A DNA stretch of 62,870 bases, counting the filler, from Reclinomonas americana ATCC 50394 (taxonomy: Eukaryota): the NCBI GenBank assembly GCA_048213135.1. It is 4 parts of 2 records of this genome, joined end to end, with 100 filler letters (N's around TTAATTAATTAA, not from the genome) between each part and the next. Parts side by side here need not be neighbours in the genome. Positions count along the whole stretch, not along the records: positions 13,784 to 27,875 come from PS015208.1; 3 more parts are not named here. One strand, given 5' to 3'. The notes under the pieces are model-generated. The model was not told the DNA's origin. It saw only the letters and a list, made by a program, of their open reading frames with translations, and ran no database searches. Of the stretch, positions 13,784 to 25,694 are shown piece after piece (positions within the stretch are counted from its first letter, which is position 1; each line of letters begins with the position of its first letter). The position numbers and the translations under genes were made by a program.

Positions 13784-14858
13784 TCTCCTCATCATCATCA
13801 TCATCGTCGTCGTCATCGTCGCCATCATCGTCCTGCTGCCCAGCATCCTTATCATCATCACCGTCGTCGTCGTCTTCGCGTGCCACAATCGGTCCCTCGT
13901 TGGCCTCCTCGTCCTCCGCGAATCGCGTAACAACAGAGTCGCGCCAGCCGCTTCGCAGCGTCAGCTTGAACATTCCCATCTTCTTGCCCATCAGCTTCAG
14001 AATGCGGCACTGGCGCGGCGTAAGCTCCTCGCCCTCCGTGCACACCGTGTACGCCCTCTCCAGCAGCACGACACCTGTGGATCGCCATTGTGTCAGCACC
14101 AAGCGTGAGCAACAACAGAGAGAGAGATGGTACAGACCATCGCGTAGCGTCACTGGCATCTCGAGCTTCTCTCGCAGGTAGGGCTCCATGGGTCCGGAGC
14201 ACCAGCGATGACCCGTGTGCGCACCGAGCTCGCCCTGCGGTATCGTCACCGTCTCCGAGGCCACATCGCCACCGACTGCAAACTCGGGCACGCCAAACTC
14301 CTCAAAGAAGTTGACCACCGCCTCCTCTGGCTCATTGGTGAACAGCAGCCCGGAGGTGCCTGAGCCCTTCAGCGACAGTGCGATCTCGTGCAGCTTCTCA
14401 CGGTACTCGTTCTCGGGAGTGCGGCCAAGACCCACCGCCATCAGTGTGTTCTTGCCCAGAATGAACCTGAGAAGAGAGTCAGCATGCCAACAAAGGGGGA
14501 GATGAGAGGAGGCGGTGAGAAACGCAACTTGCTTCCGCCCCACGTCAGTCGCACCTCCTTCATGAGCTCCGTGCGAAAGTTGCTGTAGGAGAAGTGATAG
14601 ACGGCCTCGTACGCGTCCATCGCCTCACGAACCATATCAATGATGCGCTTCTTGTTCTCGCGGTTGCCTCCGACCGTGGCCTCTGCGTTGAGGGAGAGGG
14701 CGCGCGCGTGTGTGAGTCGCTCGTGCACATTCACATGCACAGACTCCACCAACAAAAAAAAGAACATGCTGCAGTGCTCTGCGCGTTCTTCTGCGCGTGT
14801 GTGACACACACAAAGGCAGAGACGCACCGGGCTTACGTGCGCGTCTGGAGCGTGGCAT
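13784..14858 (-). CDS. MRT4: Ribosome assembly factor Mrt4 (mRNA turnover 4); 3' end lost in gap
   Basis: MPRSRRAR start, spliced SKFILGKNTLMAVGLGRTPENEY, GLLFTN, MEPYLREKLEMP, YTVCTEGEELTPRQCRILKL, and an acidic tail. Confidence 0.9.
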
Positions 14859-14968
14859 GGGATGAGCGCAAAAGAGGGGTTCAGAAAAAGACTCGCGACA
14901 ATCGTGGACAGATACTCGCGTGTTTCTTGAGTGGTGTTGTCGCGTGTGGTGTGTCAAGCTTGCCCACC

Positions 14969-15090
14969 ATGAGTCGCAAAAAGGGCGGAGGAATGAGCAT
15001 CACCGAGCAGATCCAAGAGCAAGCTCGACGCGATGCCCTGGTACCTTCTGCACACTCACTCTCTGCATCACACTCTTCGCACTCACTCTC
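14969..15090 (+). CDS. Possible 5' exon of a small unknown gene divergent from MRT4
   Basis: ATG-initiated MSRKKGGGMSITEQIQEQARRDAL, followed by a G|GTAC donor-like site and then a gap. Confidence 0.3.
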
Positions 15091-15545
15091 NNNNNNNNNN
15101 NNNNNNNNNNNNNNNNNNNNNNNNNNNNNNNNNNNNNNNNNNNNNNNNNNNNNNNNNCACCGGGCGTGAGAGATGAGATGATCATGAGTGTGCATTGCAT
15201 TCAATGCACGCAACTCGTTCAGCAATCACACGTCGCTCCTGCTCCGTTGGTACACGTCGTCGCACTGTGCCACAGAGATGAGCGTGTGCGAGAGAGAGAG
15301 ACACACACGCGCGCATCATATGACGAACAAGGCACGGGCGATCGCTTGTCTTGCAACCACGTGAGGAACAAGTGCCGTGCCACGCGACACAAGATGGCCA
15401 CCAGAAGCACCAGCAACGGGCCCAACACCAGCACACGCACACACCACACAAGCAGATCGCTCAACGACATCCAAGACTTTTCACTTGCGGACAGTGTGAC
15501 TTAACAACAAAAAAGGGACTACTTGAACTTATTCTTCCGAGTGCG

Positions 15546-17729
15546 ATGCTTGCTGGAGTCGCCATTGGCGTCGGCAGCAGCAGCAGCAGCACCGCGCTTC
15601 CCTCGCTTCGGTCTTGCCACCTCCTCCANNNNNNNNNNNNNNNNNNNNNNNNNNNNNNNNNNNNNNNNNNNNNNNNNNNNNNNNNNNNNNNNNNNNNNNN
15701 NNNNNNNNNNNNNNNNNNNNNNNNNNNNNNNNNNNNNNNNNNNNNNNNNNNNNNNNNNNNNNNNNNNNNNNNNNNNNNNNNNNNNNNNNNNNNNNNNNNN
15801 NNNNNNNNNNNNNNNNNNNNNNNNNNNNNNNNNNNNNNNNNNNNNNNNNNNNNNNNNNNNNNNNNNNNNNNNNNNNNNNNNNNNNNNNNNNNNNNNNNNN
15901 NNNNNNNNNNNNNNNNNNNNNNNNNNNNNNNNNNNNNNNNNNNNNNNNNNNNCACAGTGGGCGCGTCACACACACCGCTATGAGCTGTGCACCTTCCTGG
16001 TGACTGGTGGTGCAGGCGTTGTCGGCAGCATGCTCGTGGAGGAGCTGCTGAGACGCGGAGCACGACGAGTTGTCTTGTTTGATCGAGTGCCTGGCACACT
16101 GGCCTGCGATGGTGTGCGCGTGTATCTCCTTCCTCCCCTCCCCCTTGTATAAGGTGTGCGTGTCTGAAGCTGTGGCCCCAGGTCAGCGTCTGTGCTGGGT
16201 CAAGGGCGACATTACGGACGCGATGCAGCTGCAACGAGTCATGATGGACGAGCGAGTCGATACGTGCTTCCATGTCGCCTCGGTGTGTGTGCGCTGTGTG
16301 CGAGTGTGGTTGGTTTTTTTATTCCGCTCACGGCACTGGTGCAGGTCATTGATCCCACGGACGGCAACATCAAGGCGCGCTGCGTTGCTCTGCGGTCGCT
16401 TGTTCTGTGCTGCTCACTTGCTTGTGTTGCTGGTGGTGCAGCTGATGGAGGCGGTCAATGTCGGTGGCACGCACAACGTGATTGAGGCGTGCGTCGCCGC
16501 CGGTGTCAAGGCAAGGCTTCTCGAGTGTGCGTGCGTGGGAGCGACGATGCGGTTTTCTGACAGTGATGCACGCGCAGCAACTGGTGTACACGAGCTCGAC
16601 CAATGCGATTCTCGGGCCGGCATTCGCGGGCACCGAGGAGGAGGTGCCGTACCCAGGTACGCTCTGCTGAGTTGGACGCACGCCTAGAGCCACCACTGTT
16701 GACTGGCGATGCCTGCAGCCGTGTTCCGCGACTCGTACTCGCGGACCAAGTCGCTGGCCGAGCGCACCGTTCTCGAGGCGAATGGAGTGGGCGGTCTGCT
16801 GACGTGCGCTCTGCGATGCTCGTTCCTGTACGGCCCGAACACCATCTTTTGCAACGAGATCAGTGCCGTCAAGGCGGTGCGCACCCCCCTTGCACCTCTT
16901 GCACAGTTAGAGAGGGAGAGTGTTTCGTCTCCTCTCGTGTCGATGTATTCTTCTCCTTTCATGTCCTTGCGCTGTCGCTCTCTCTCCTCTTCGCTTCTTC
17001 GTGCTTACTGCCATCTCTCCCAATCGCAGTTGCCGCTCTTCACGTTCCCGGTGGCCAGGTGCTTGTGTGTGCTTGCATGTCTCCTGCTGCCTTCTGTCTC
17101 ACCGTGCATCCCCCTTGACAGCAGGACCATGGCGCCGTGCTACGTCGGCAACTTTGTGCACGGCCACATCAAGGCATTCGAGAATCTGCTGCCCGACTCG
17201 GAAGCCGACGGCCGTCCCTACTTTATCGACGACCTCGACAGACCCAATGTCAACGCCTTCACGGTCTGTGGTACCTGTGTGGGGAGGAGGGCGTAGTTTC
17301 CACACATGAGGCTGGATGAGAGCTCACTCGATGTCAATAATTGCCCGCAGACCATGCTCCGACAGGCCATGAAGATGCCAGCGCCCTTTTACTTGCCACC
17401 GATTGTGTTGTACGTCACCGCCGCCGTCGTCGAGGGCATTGGTGCACTATGCCGCCTAGTGCTCGGTCGCACACCTCGCCTGCCACCAGTCTCCTTTGCC
17501 ACCGTCTGCAACATGGTCAGTAGTTGTCGCGACTTTGACTCGTCGACGTCGTCGCCGTCGCTCATTTGTATATTGTTGACGTCGGCAGTACCAACACCAG
17601 GATCCCAGTTGCGAACGTGCGAAGCAGTACCTCGGGTACGTACCAGCGTACACACTGGCCGAGGGTCTCCGCATCAGTGGCGACTTTGAACAACAACGTC
17701 GCACTCAGCAGCTCACGGGACGACGATAG
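15546..17729 (+). CDS. Extended SDR, 3beta-hydroxysteroid dehydrogenase/NSDHL/SDR42E-like; start uncertain because of a gap
   Basis: FLVTGGAGVVG, VKGDITD, spliced VNVGGTHNVIEACVAAGVKQLVYTSS, YSRTKSLAE (YxxxK), LRCSFLYGP, YVGNFVHGH, AKQYLGYVP. Confidence 0.85.
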
Positions 17730-17938
17730 ACAACAACGAAGAGCGTGAGAGTAAATGACCACATTGACACGTGATCGCTTACATATGGACGGTCGAGGAG
17801 GAGGAGGAGGAAGCGCACAGCGTGTGACACAAACAGCGACCATTGCCACTCGTTGCGTGTGATGAAAATGGAGACGCAATGAGAGAGAAGAAGAATCACC
17901 ATCGATGCACAGGTGGCACAGTGATGAATGGAGTTCCC

Positions 17939-18458
17939 ATGGCCAACCATCGAGTTGCGTTCCTCCCACTCCGCAGTGTGTACACTGTCTCGTCGCCCTC
18001 TCACCTTGCACGCGCGTACACAGAGAGACGAGGTGTGACATTTTCTCGTTGATTTTTCGCGCGCGAAACCGCTGCTGTCATCCTAACTGTGGTCACAGTA
18101 CGCGCTGCTGGCGGTGCCTCCATCGGGTCGAGTACGTCCACAGCCGCGACACTGGTCTCCAGAGTGGAAGGGTTCGCGTTTTTTCCAGGCAGTGGTGTCA
18201 CTCGCAGTGAGTTGTCCTTCTCATGACACACTGCAGTGCCATCGCTGGAGGAGGCGTTCGAGGCCGGTCGGCAGTTCAGTCGTGCAGAGGCGAGTCACTT
18301 GCTGGCCGATGATCTGGCTCGCTCGCGATTCGCACAGCAGCAGCCACAGCTGCCTCCGCCGAGGCCACCATCGCAACGCATCGCGTCTCTCAAACCAACG
18401 ACGACGAGCATCGATCGAGGTTCGCAGAAAGAGAGAAAGAGCTGGCGATTCTCTTGTC
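17939..18458 (+). CDS. Hypothetical spliced gene fragment
   Basis: A possible model MANHR|RDE|YALLAVPP...EWK|VPSLEEAFEAGRQF can be built with GT-AG junctions. No family recognised. Confidence 0.3.
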
Positions 18459-18832
18459 TNNNNNNNNNNNNNNNNNNNNNNNNNNNNNNNNNNNNNNNNN
18501 NNNNNNNNNNNNNNNNNNNNNNNNNNNNNNNNNNNNNNNNNNNNNNNNNNNNNNNNNNNNNNNNNNNNNNNNNNNNNNNNNNNNNNNNNNNNNNNNNNNN
18601 NNNNNNNNNNNNNNNNNNNNNNNNNNNNNNNNNNNNNNNNNNNNNNNNNNNNNNNNNNNNNNNNNNNNNNNNNNNNNNNNNNNNNNNNNNNNNNNNNNNN
18701 NNNNNNNNNNNNNNNNNNNNNNNNNNNNNNNNNNNNNNNNNNNNNNNNNNNNNNNNNNNNNNNNNNNNNNNNNNNNNNNNNNNNNNNNNNNNNNNNNNNN
18801 NNNNNNNNNNNNNNNNNNNNNNNNNNNNNNNN

Positions 18833-20535
18833 CAAGAGTGCGCCACCGGTACCAGCGGAGAGATAAAGTCTGGTGGCGACAGCTGCCGCCCACCCACCGA
18901 CGTTGATCCGACTTTCAGTGCACTCGACACCAGCTGATCGGCTGCACTGGCCAACAGCGCCGCCACACCGGGAGGCACCGGTGTCCTATTTGGCGGTCCT
19001 TCAGTAACACGATGCGTGTAGAGAACACTCATAAACAGCGAAACGCACGATGGTATTGTTGATTGCGTCGACTGCGGGTCCGCGGCCACCCACGTGCTGC
19101 TGGGGCTCGTGTCGGTGCGCCGCGAGAGTTCCTCCTGCACCGCAGTCACCAGTTGCGCCGACAGAGTCTCCACCAGCGCGTTTCTATACAGCTGCAGCTC
19201 GCTGTGGTGGAGCATCAGCACGCAGTCACAGCGGCGACGGCGGTAACACTCCCCACAAACCCGCGCATGGCATCGAGCGATCGTCGCACTTGCGTGTCCA
19301 CGAGATCGGCAATGAGCGTGGTGATTTGCGACTCGACCAGAATGCCCTCAATGGCCGCTGCACAGTTCCGTTCGCCGTGAACAACACNNNNNNNNNNNNN
19401 NNNNNNNNNNNNNNNNNNNNNNNNNNNNNNNNNNNNNNNNNNNNNNNNNNNNNNNNNNNNNNNNNNNNNNNNNNNAATAGTGTACACCAAGTGTTTTTCT
19501 GTACACTTTTTCTCAAAGTCTCACGGAACTCCACGCGACAGCAGATCGCGAGCCACCTGTTGGATGGCCTCCCTCTCCGCCACCAGCGACATGGACGAAC
19601 TAATGTCGGTGTCGGTCGCAACCGCCGGCGACGCCTGCACCTGCGTGGCAAGTGTGGTGAATCGCTCGCGCTGCCACATCAGCCGCCGTCGTTGTTGCCA
19701 GCCGACGGCGCCATGCGCATCGGCGCCGGTCAAATCGTTTACAGTGAGGGCGGCCTGATTGACGGGCGTTAGCGGCTGCGACTTGGGAGTGGCGGATCGA
19801 CGGCCACTCTGTGACGACGGAATACGGTCGTCCTCGGCCGCGTCGACCCACAGCTCACCCACGGCGGGAGCGTGGTAGTGCGTGGCCGACGTGTCAAGTG
19901 GATCACTGGCCGGCAACTCAAATGTAGCGGCTTCGACGGTCACCACTGGCGGCACACTCGGCCGTCGCTGGCGTATGGGTGGGGTGGTGGTTTGAATCGG
20001 CGGTGGTGGTGGTGGCGAGCGTGGCGACACGGCAAGGTATTTCTGCACGCGATGAGTGAGGGAGGACGCCCCGAAATGGCGGCTATGCAGAGATCATACC
20101 TCGGGAATGGCGTCTCCGGTTTCGTCGCTCCTTACGGGGGGTGTGGCAGAACGCCGTGGCAGTGGAGGTGGTGCGCGGGTGGCCCTGCACGCATGCGAAA
20201 GCATGAGGCACAACGGAAACAGTTGTGGGGAAGCACCTGCACGGGAGCGCACGTCTCACAAGTGTTCTCCAGCAGAAGGCATCACCGCCACGAAGCGGCC
20301 CATGGCACCGACCAGTTGCTGGATCATATCACGCAGTTGCTGCACTTCACCGACGAGCGCGGTTGTGGCGGAGGAGGGAGCTTCGCCAGCCGCTGCGGTG
20401 GCTGTCCCAGTTCCTGCTGTTGCTGTTGTTGTGACTGGTCGCGGAGGAAGTGGACTCTGCTCGACACTGTCTGCTTGGCGAGAAAGGAGTTGGTGAAAAC
20501 GTGCAGGAAACCGACGCACTCGCGTGTGCACGAAA
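18833..20535 (-). CDS. Hypothetical protein fragment between gaps
   Basis: Coding-like open frames (QQLRDMIQQLVG, MSLVAEREAIQQVARDLL, LYRNALVETLSAQLV) separated by intron-sized spacers. Confidence 0.45.
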
Positions 20536-20862
20536 NNNNNNNNNNNNNNNNNNNNNNNNNNNNNNNNNNNNNNNNNNNNNNNNNNNNNNNNNNNNNNNNN
20601 NNNNNNNNNNNNNNNNNNNNNNNNNNNNNNNNNNNNNNNNNNNNNNNNNNNNNNNNNNNNNNNNNNNNNNNNNNNNNNNNNNNNNNNNNNNNNNNNNNNN
20701 NNNNNNNNNNNNNNNNNNNNNNNNNNNNNNNNNNNNNNNNNNNNNNNNNNNNNNNNNNNNNNNNNNNNNNNNNNNNNNNNNNNNNNNNNNNNNNNNNNNN
20801 NNNNNNNNNNNNNNNNNNNNNNNNNNNNNNNNNNNNNNNNNNGGTAGGTTTTGAAATGATAA

Positions 20863-23800
20863 TTATGGAGTGCCGGCGACTGGGGCGCCATTGCTGCTGC
20901 TGGCCGATTCAGGCTGCGGCGGCGTGAATGGATCCGGCGGAGGCGGAGGTGGTGGCGGCTTTGGATAACCCTGTGAATTCGACAGTATGAGTGCAACACA
21001 GAAGAGACGTTGAGAGAGTTGTTCGGCGTTGAGCTCACCGGCATCGGATGCGTTACAAGCCACTCCTCAATATTACGTTGGCCAGCTTGCAGTGCTTGGT
21101 CGAGCCGGGCTCGAGTCATGCCGCACACGGCGTACCTCGTGCCTTTGACATTGGTGTTGCGAACCTGTATGTCGGCAGTGCGCGCGGTCAGCGATCGTAA
21201 TACAACAAAAGAAACAACACTGCAACCATGCGCACCTTGATATTGCGCGCCCAGAATCGCGCACCAGAGGCCTCGTAGACAGACGTGGCCCAGTCGTCAT
21301 TGTACCAGTTCTTGAACTCCCACGGAAAGTACATGCGCTTCATGACGTCGAAATGCGTCTTGTGCACAAACGTCTGCGTCATGAGACGGTCGTTGTTCAC
21401 GTCGTGCGGTCCGGCAATGCCAAAGTACGGCCGCACGTGTGATTCGCGAAGCCGGTTCATGAGCTCCGTGGCCCACCCGGGAGACATGATCTGCAAGTCG
21501 TCGTTGACCTGCACAGGCACGCCGCCGCGGTCAGCGATGCTCACACGAGAGGTACGCGTTGTGCACGCACCTGGAAGAACCACTCACAGCCGTCGAGAAT
21601 GGCACGCTCAAACAGACCGTTCCACAAGAACGTTGTCCAGCCGTGCGACTGGCGGAAGCGCATCAGCTCCAGACGGAACGTGTTGGGATATGCGTGAGTG
21701 AGCTGCAAAGACACACGAGGCAGGATCAGCTGAATGAATGCACGACGGGATGTGGGGGGGAACTGACGCCAAACCTGCTCAAAGTACGCCTGCACCTCGG
21801 CAACGTTATTGGCATTGTCCCAGTACGGATCGCCTTCGTCAAAGCCGACGTAGAACTCGATCGACACGTGACCCAGCTCCCACTCTGACCAATATCGACA
21901 TGGTGAGACAACATTCTTGTGCAATGGTTGAGTGAGAAAGGCGGCACAGCACGTACCAGTCATTGACATGAGTGTGGACTGAATGAGGATGGAAAAGAGA
22001 AGCAAGTCGCGCGGTCGAGTGATGCGCAGTTTCCGCGATGTTGTCGGCACACCCAACGCAATGCGGTGGCGACCGGCCACCGCAGCCTCCTGCGCACAGT
22101 GTGGGGTGAGTGCCATGCGCCTCACCGGCATAAAACACAAACACATACGAACCTTGGCTGCACGTTGCTCAGCCGTCAAGTTCATCACAGGCGTGGCAGT
22201 GAACGCCCAGTCTGTCTTGAAGCGTATGTCGCAGTCGTACCGCTCCTTGCCGGTGGCCTCGTCCACGGGGATATTGTAGGCCTCGAAGTAGCCGGCGCCG
22301 ATGCGTTCTTCCAAAGTTAAGGATTCTGCGTCGTATCATTCATCAGTCCTCGTAACACGCAAACTGCGAGAGTGACACAGACAGACTCAACTCAGGCTGA
22401 GAGCGCGTGCATTGATATCGTCGGCAATGGTGCCGCTGGCCGTCGCGCACGGGGCGAAAGAGCAGCGGGCTCGCGGAACAATGATTTGCTCATATGCCGC
22501 GGAGCCGATGGTGTAGCCCTGCACGTGCGCCGTGAACTTGTCGGAGCCGAGAGGTCGCATGAAGATGCAACCTGCCGACGCCAAATTGGCCTGCGCCCAG
22601 TCGAGGATGCCCGCGCGGACAAAGAACAGCGGCGTAAAGAAGAGAACCTTGCCGTATTTCTCCACGACGTGGTGAATCACCTGACATTACTACACATGAG
22701 AAACAGATCCACAAACCACAACACGGATGAGCACGAGAAACGTGATGACACACGTACCAAGGCCGACCAGTCTTCCACTGCGGCACCCAATTCGCTGACA
22801 GTGTAGCGGTACTCGCCCGACGCGTAGTCGCTCTTCGCTTGCATGAACTCCTCCTGCGTACCAGTATGAGCGGCAGTGTGCATGCACAAGCATCCATTTC
22901 AAGCACAGACGCACCACGACATCAACAATCTCCACATTGCGAAAGATATTGATCTCGCCCTTGACGATCTTGGGAAAGCCGAGCAGGTACAAGACGAGTT
23001 TCGCGTCGGGATCGCCGAGCACGTGAATGCTGCCGACCACGTTTCGCAACACCAACATTGGATCCTCTGTATCACATGAGAGAGTGAGTGACACGAACGC
23101 AAGGCAAGCTGCGACAGGGCACACAACTGCCAGTGAACGTGATCAGCGAGGCAAACACAAGCGGCCTCCGATCCACAAACTGCTTGAGCGTGGCCGCGTC
23201 TCGCGCCTGCACCACGTGCGAGGGCAGTGGGTCAGCAGGCACCGGCGCCGGTGGACTGCTCTCCTCTCCTTCGACACCGTCGCCGTCCTCTTCTCCCTCC
23301 TCCTCCTCCTTCTCCTCGACTTCTGGAGGCTCCAGGCCCAACATTTCGTGGATGGACTTGAGAAAATCAAAAGTCTGCATGCAGATATCGAAAGGAAGAT
23401 CGTCGGTGAGCAATCGTCGTGACCCTCCACGAATGGTCACGAGGCAACGACAAAAAGTGCCGATTCGACTCCTGACGACTGCGTGCGTGTGTGTGTCTCC
23501 CCTTCTCTCTCCCTCTCTCCTTTTCTGCCCTCGCTGTGTGAGGTGAGTGCGCATATCGCGTGCCAGCAGTGTTGAGCGAAATCATGTTCGATTTGGAGGA
23601 TCATCAAAAGAACAGACGACGACGACGGAGGCACACTTTCGCTCACTGAAAGAGAGATAATGAGTGACAGCACACAGAAAACGCTCATCACTCACAGAGT
23701 GAAAGAGAGAGAGCGTGCAAGTGTGTGTGTCTATTTTGTCTCAACTTGCAACAATCACTCACCGAGTCCTCCAACTCCTTCTTGATGCTGTCCTTGCCGG

Positions 23801-24092
23801 CCTCGAGTGCACGTTGCGCTGCCTCCAATAACACTTGAGTCGCGCTGTCACTGTCACCGTCGGCCACCACCGGCCTCTCTACTTGCTCCTCGGCGTCATA
23901 CTCGACAGCGGCGGCCCCAATAACATCGGCCACCACTTGCGAGACACCACCTCGGTTGCCTCCTCCTCCTCCTCCTCCTCCTCCTCCATTCGCGGATGAC
24001 AGCGTGCGGGCATTGAGCCACATCATCACACTCAGAATGCCAATGGCCATGAGGCCGGTGGCAAACAAGCGCTTGCGATCACGTAGTAGCAT
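20863..24092 (-). CDS. Type II membrane glycosyltransferase-like protein with two lumenal domains
   Basis: N-terminal signal anchor FATGLMAIGILSVMMWL and a Gly-rich stem. C-terminal GT-A-like domain IALGVPTTS, FYVGFDEGD, WNGLFERA, QVNDD, TQTFVHKTH, NWYNDDW. Confidence 0.7.
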
Positions 24093-25694
24093 TATCTAGT
24101 AGCGCACTCGATCATGCAGTGAGCACACTCACACACTCACACACGCACACCCCCGAATGTGAGGGTGCCCTCCTCTCACACACACACACACAACGCTGCG
24201 AAGGAATCCGAACGCGATGTCGACGTCGTGACCATTCATGTGTGCAACGACTTTTTTCGGCCTGTTGCCGTTCATTCGGAAGCTGTCAATATGCGGTATC
24301 GTGCACGGAAATGTGGTGTCTCGTACCACCATGTGTGGGTGGAGGGTGAGGCACAGATGCGCGCTGTGGAGTAAGCGCAGTTTTGCTGTAAACGATGCAT
24401 TGCATTGGCCTCGCATATTTTCCGCTTGCATGCATTTTGGCGACCACTCGGGCCAGTGCAGGCAGGTGCGGTGAAGTGGGGGTCACACACAGTGTGCACA
24501 GAGAGGCCGGCAGCGATGGTCGCACGTACGGTGGCATCGCCGCGGGATCAGTCATGTGCACATGTTCGAATTGGCGGGCACGTGTGGAGAGGAAAGGAGC
24601 GCTGCACGGGCATTGGCCATGAGCGCCAACACCCAGGCGTCAGCAGAGGCACGAGGATGATCGTGATTTTCGTTGTTGCCACTCGCATTTCGGGCACCAC
24701 ACACTCGGAATGGCAATCTCGATATCCGCCAATCGAAAACAGCACAATCCGCATGACATACGGTGCAAGTCGCAGTTATCACACGTAACGTTGTATCCAC
24801 AACAACCACAACAACAAAAAGCAACAATAGAAACCGCCGCTCATGACGTCGACAAGAAGGACATGAAAAACACCGCTCCCTTCGAATTCAAGATTGGTGT
24901 GTTCATATATGGATGGTTTGAATTCAGAGTTGTTCATGAAGACAGCTGTTGCTTGTTATGTTGGTGAATGAAGTGCCGCTGTTGTTGGAGCGGGAGAGCA
25001 AAGTTCCAGAATGCTGGTGTTCGAATTCCGCAAGGGCCGCCTGTGATTTCTGTTCTGAGATGGGTCGAGTGGAGAAAGGCCGTGCGGTGGAGATGCCGAA
25101 GAGTAAAGCAGGAATGCCAGTCAACGTTCATTTGAGAAGTCGCGAAAACGGTTTGTTCGGCAATTGTGCGAAAAGAATTCATCTGTTGCAACACGGCATT
25201 TGTTCCCTGTGCCTCTGTGATCAGCCCATCGACGAAGCGTGGTGCCTTTCCTTGCAAGCAGAATGCAAGCCGAGATCAGGCGGGCCATCGATTTCGCTTT
25301 GATATTGGCCACGGCCTTTGCCTGAAGGAAGCGACACAGAGACAAGTGCGGCTTACTTATCATGGGACTAAACATGCATGTGCTTCAGAAGGGGCCGTAC
25401 ACTTGCTGGCGACTACACGTGCACCAGCAGCTGTTTTCGCAAAGCTGAACACGTTTTCGCCATTTTTAGTCGCGTCCATGGCCAGCATCACAACCAGGTG
25501 TCGCTCATCTCCACACCCACCGCCTCCACCGCCGCACGGCTCCACAGCAGCAGTCGGTTGCAAACTGCCGCAGCACGAACACACCGCAGCGCCTCGCTTG
25601 CGGTATTCATCGCGAGGACTTCAGACAACCGACTGACGGTCGGGTCCGATCCACAATTACACACTATTCCCTTCGCGCGCGCAGCCAGGTGCTC

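Noticed and set aside
15219-15470. Small hydrophobic ORF on the minus strand
   Set aside because: No family is recognisable and the splice model is unclear, so it is too weak to call.
25340-25400. YHGT as an ADP-ribosyltransferase motif
   Set aside because: There is no downstream G-x-Y-F or catalytic Glu context, so it is likely chance.
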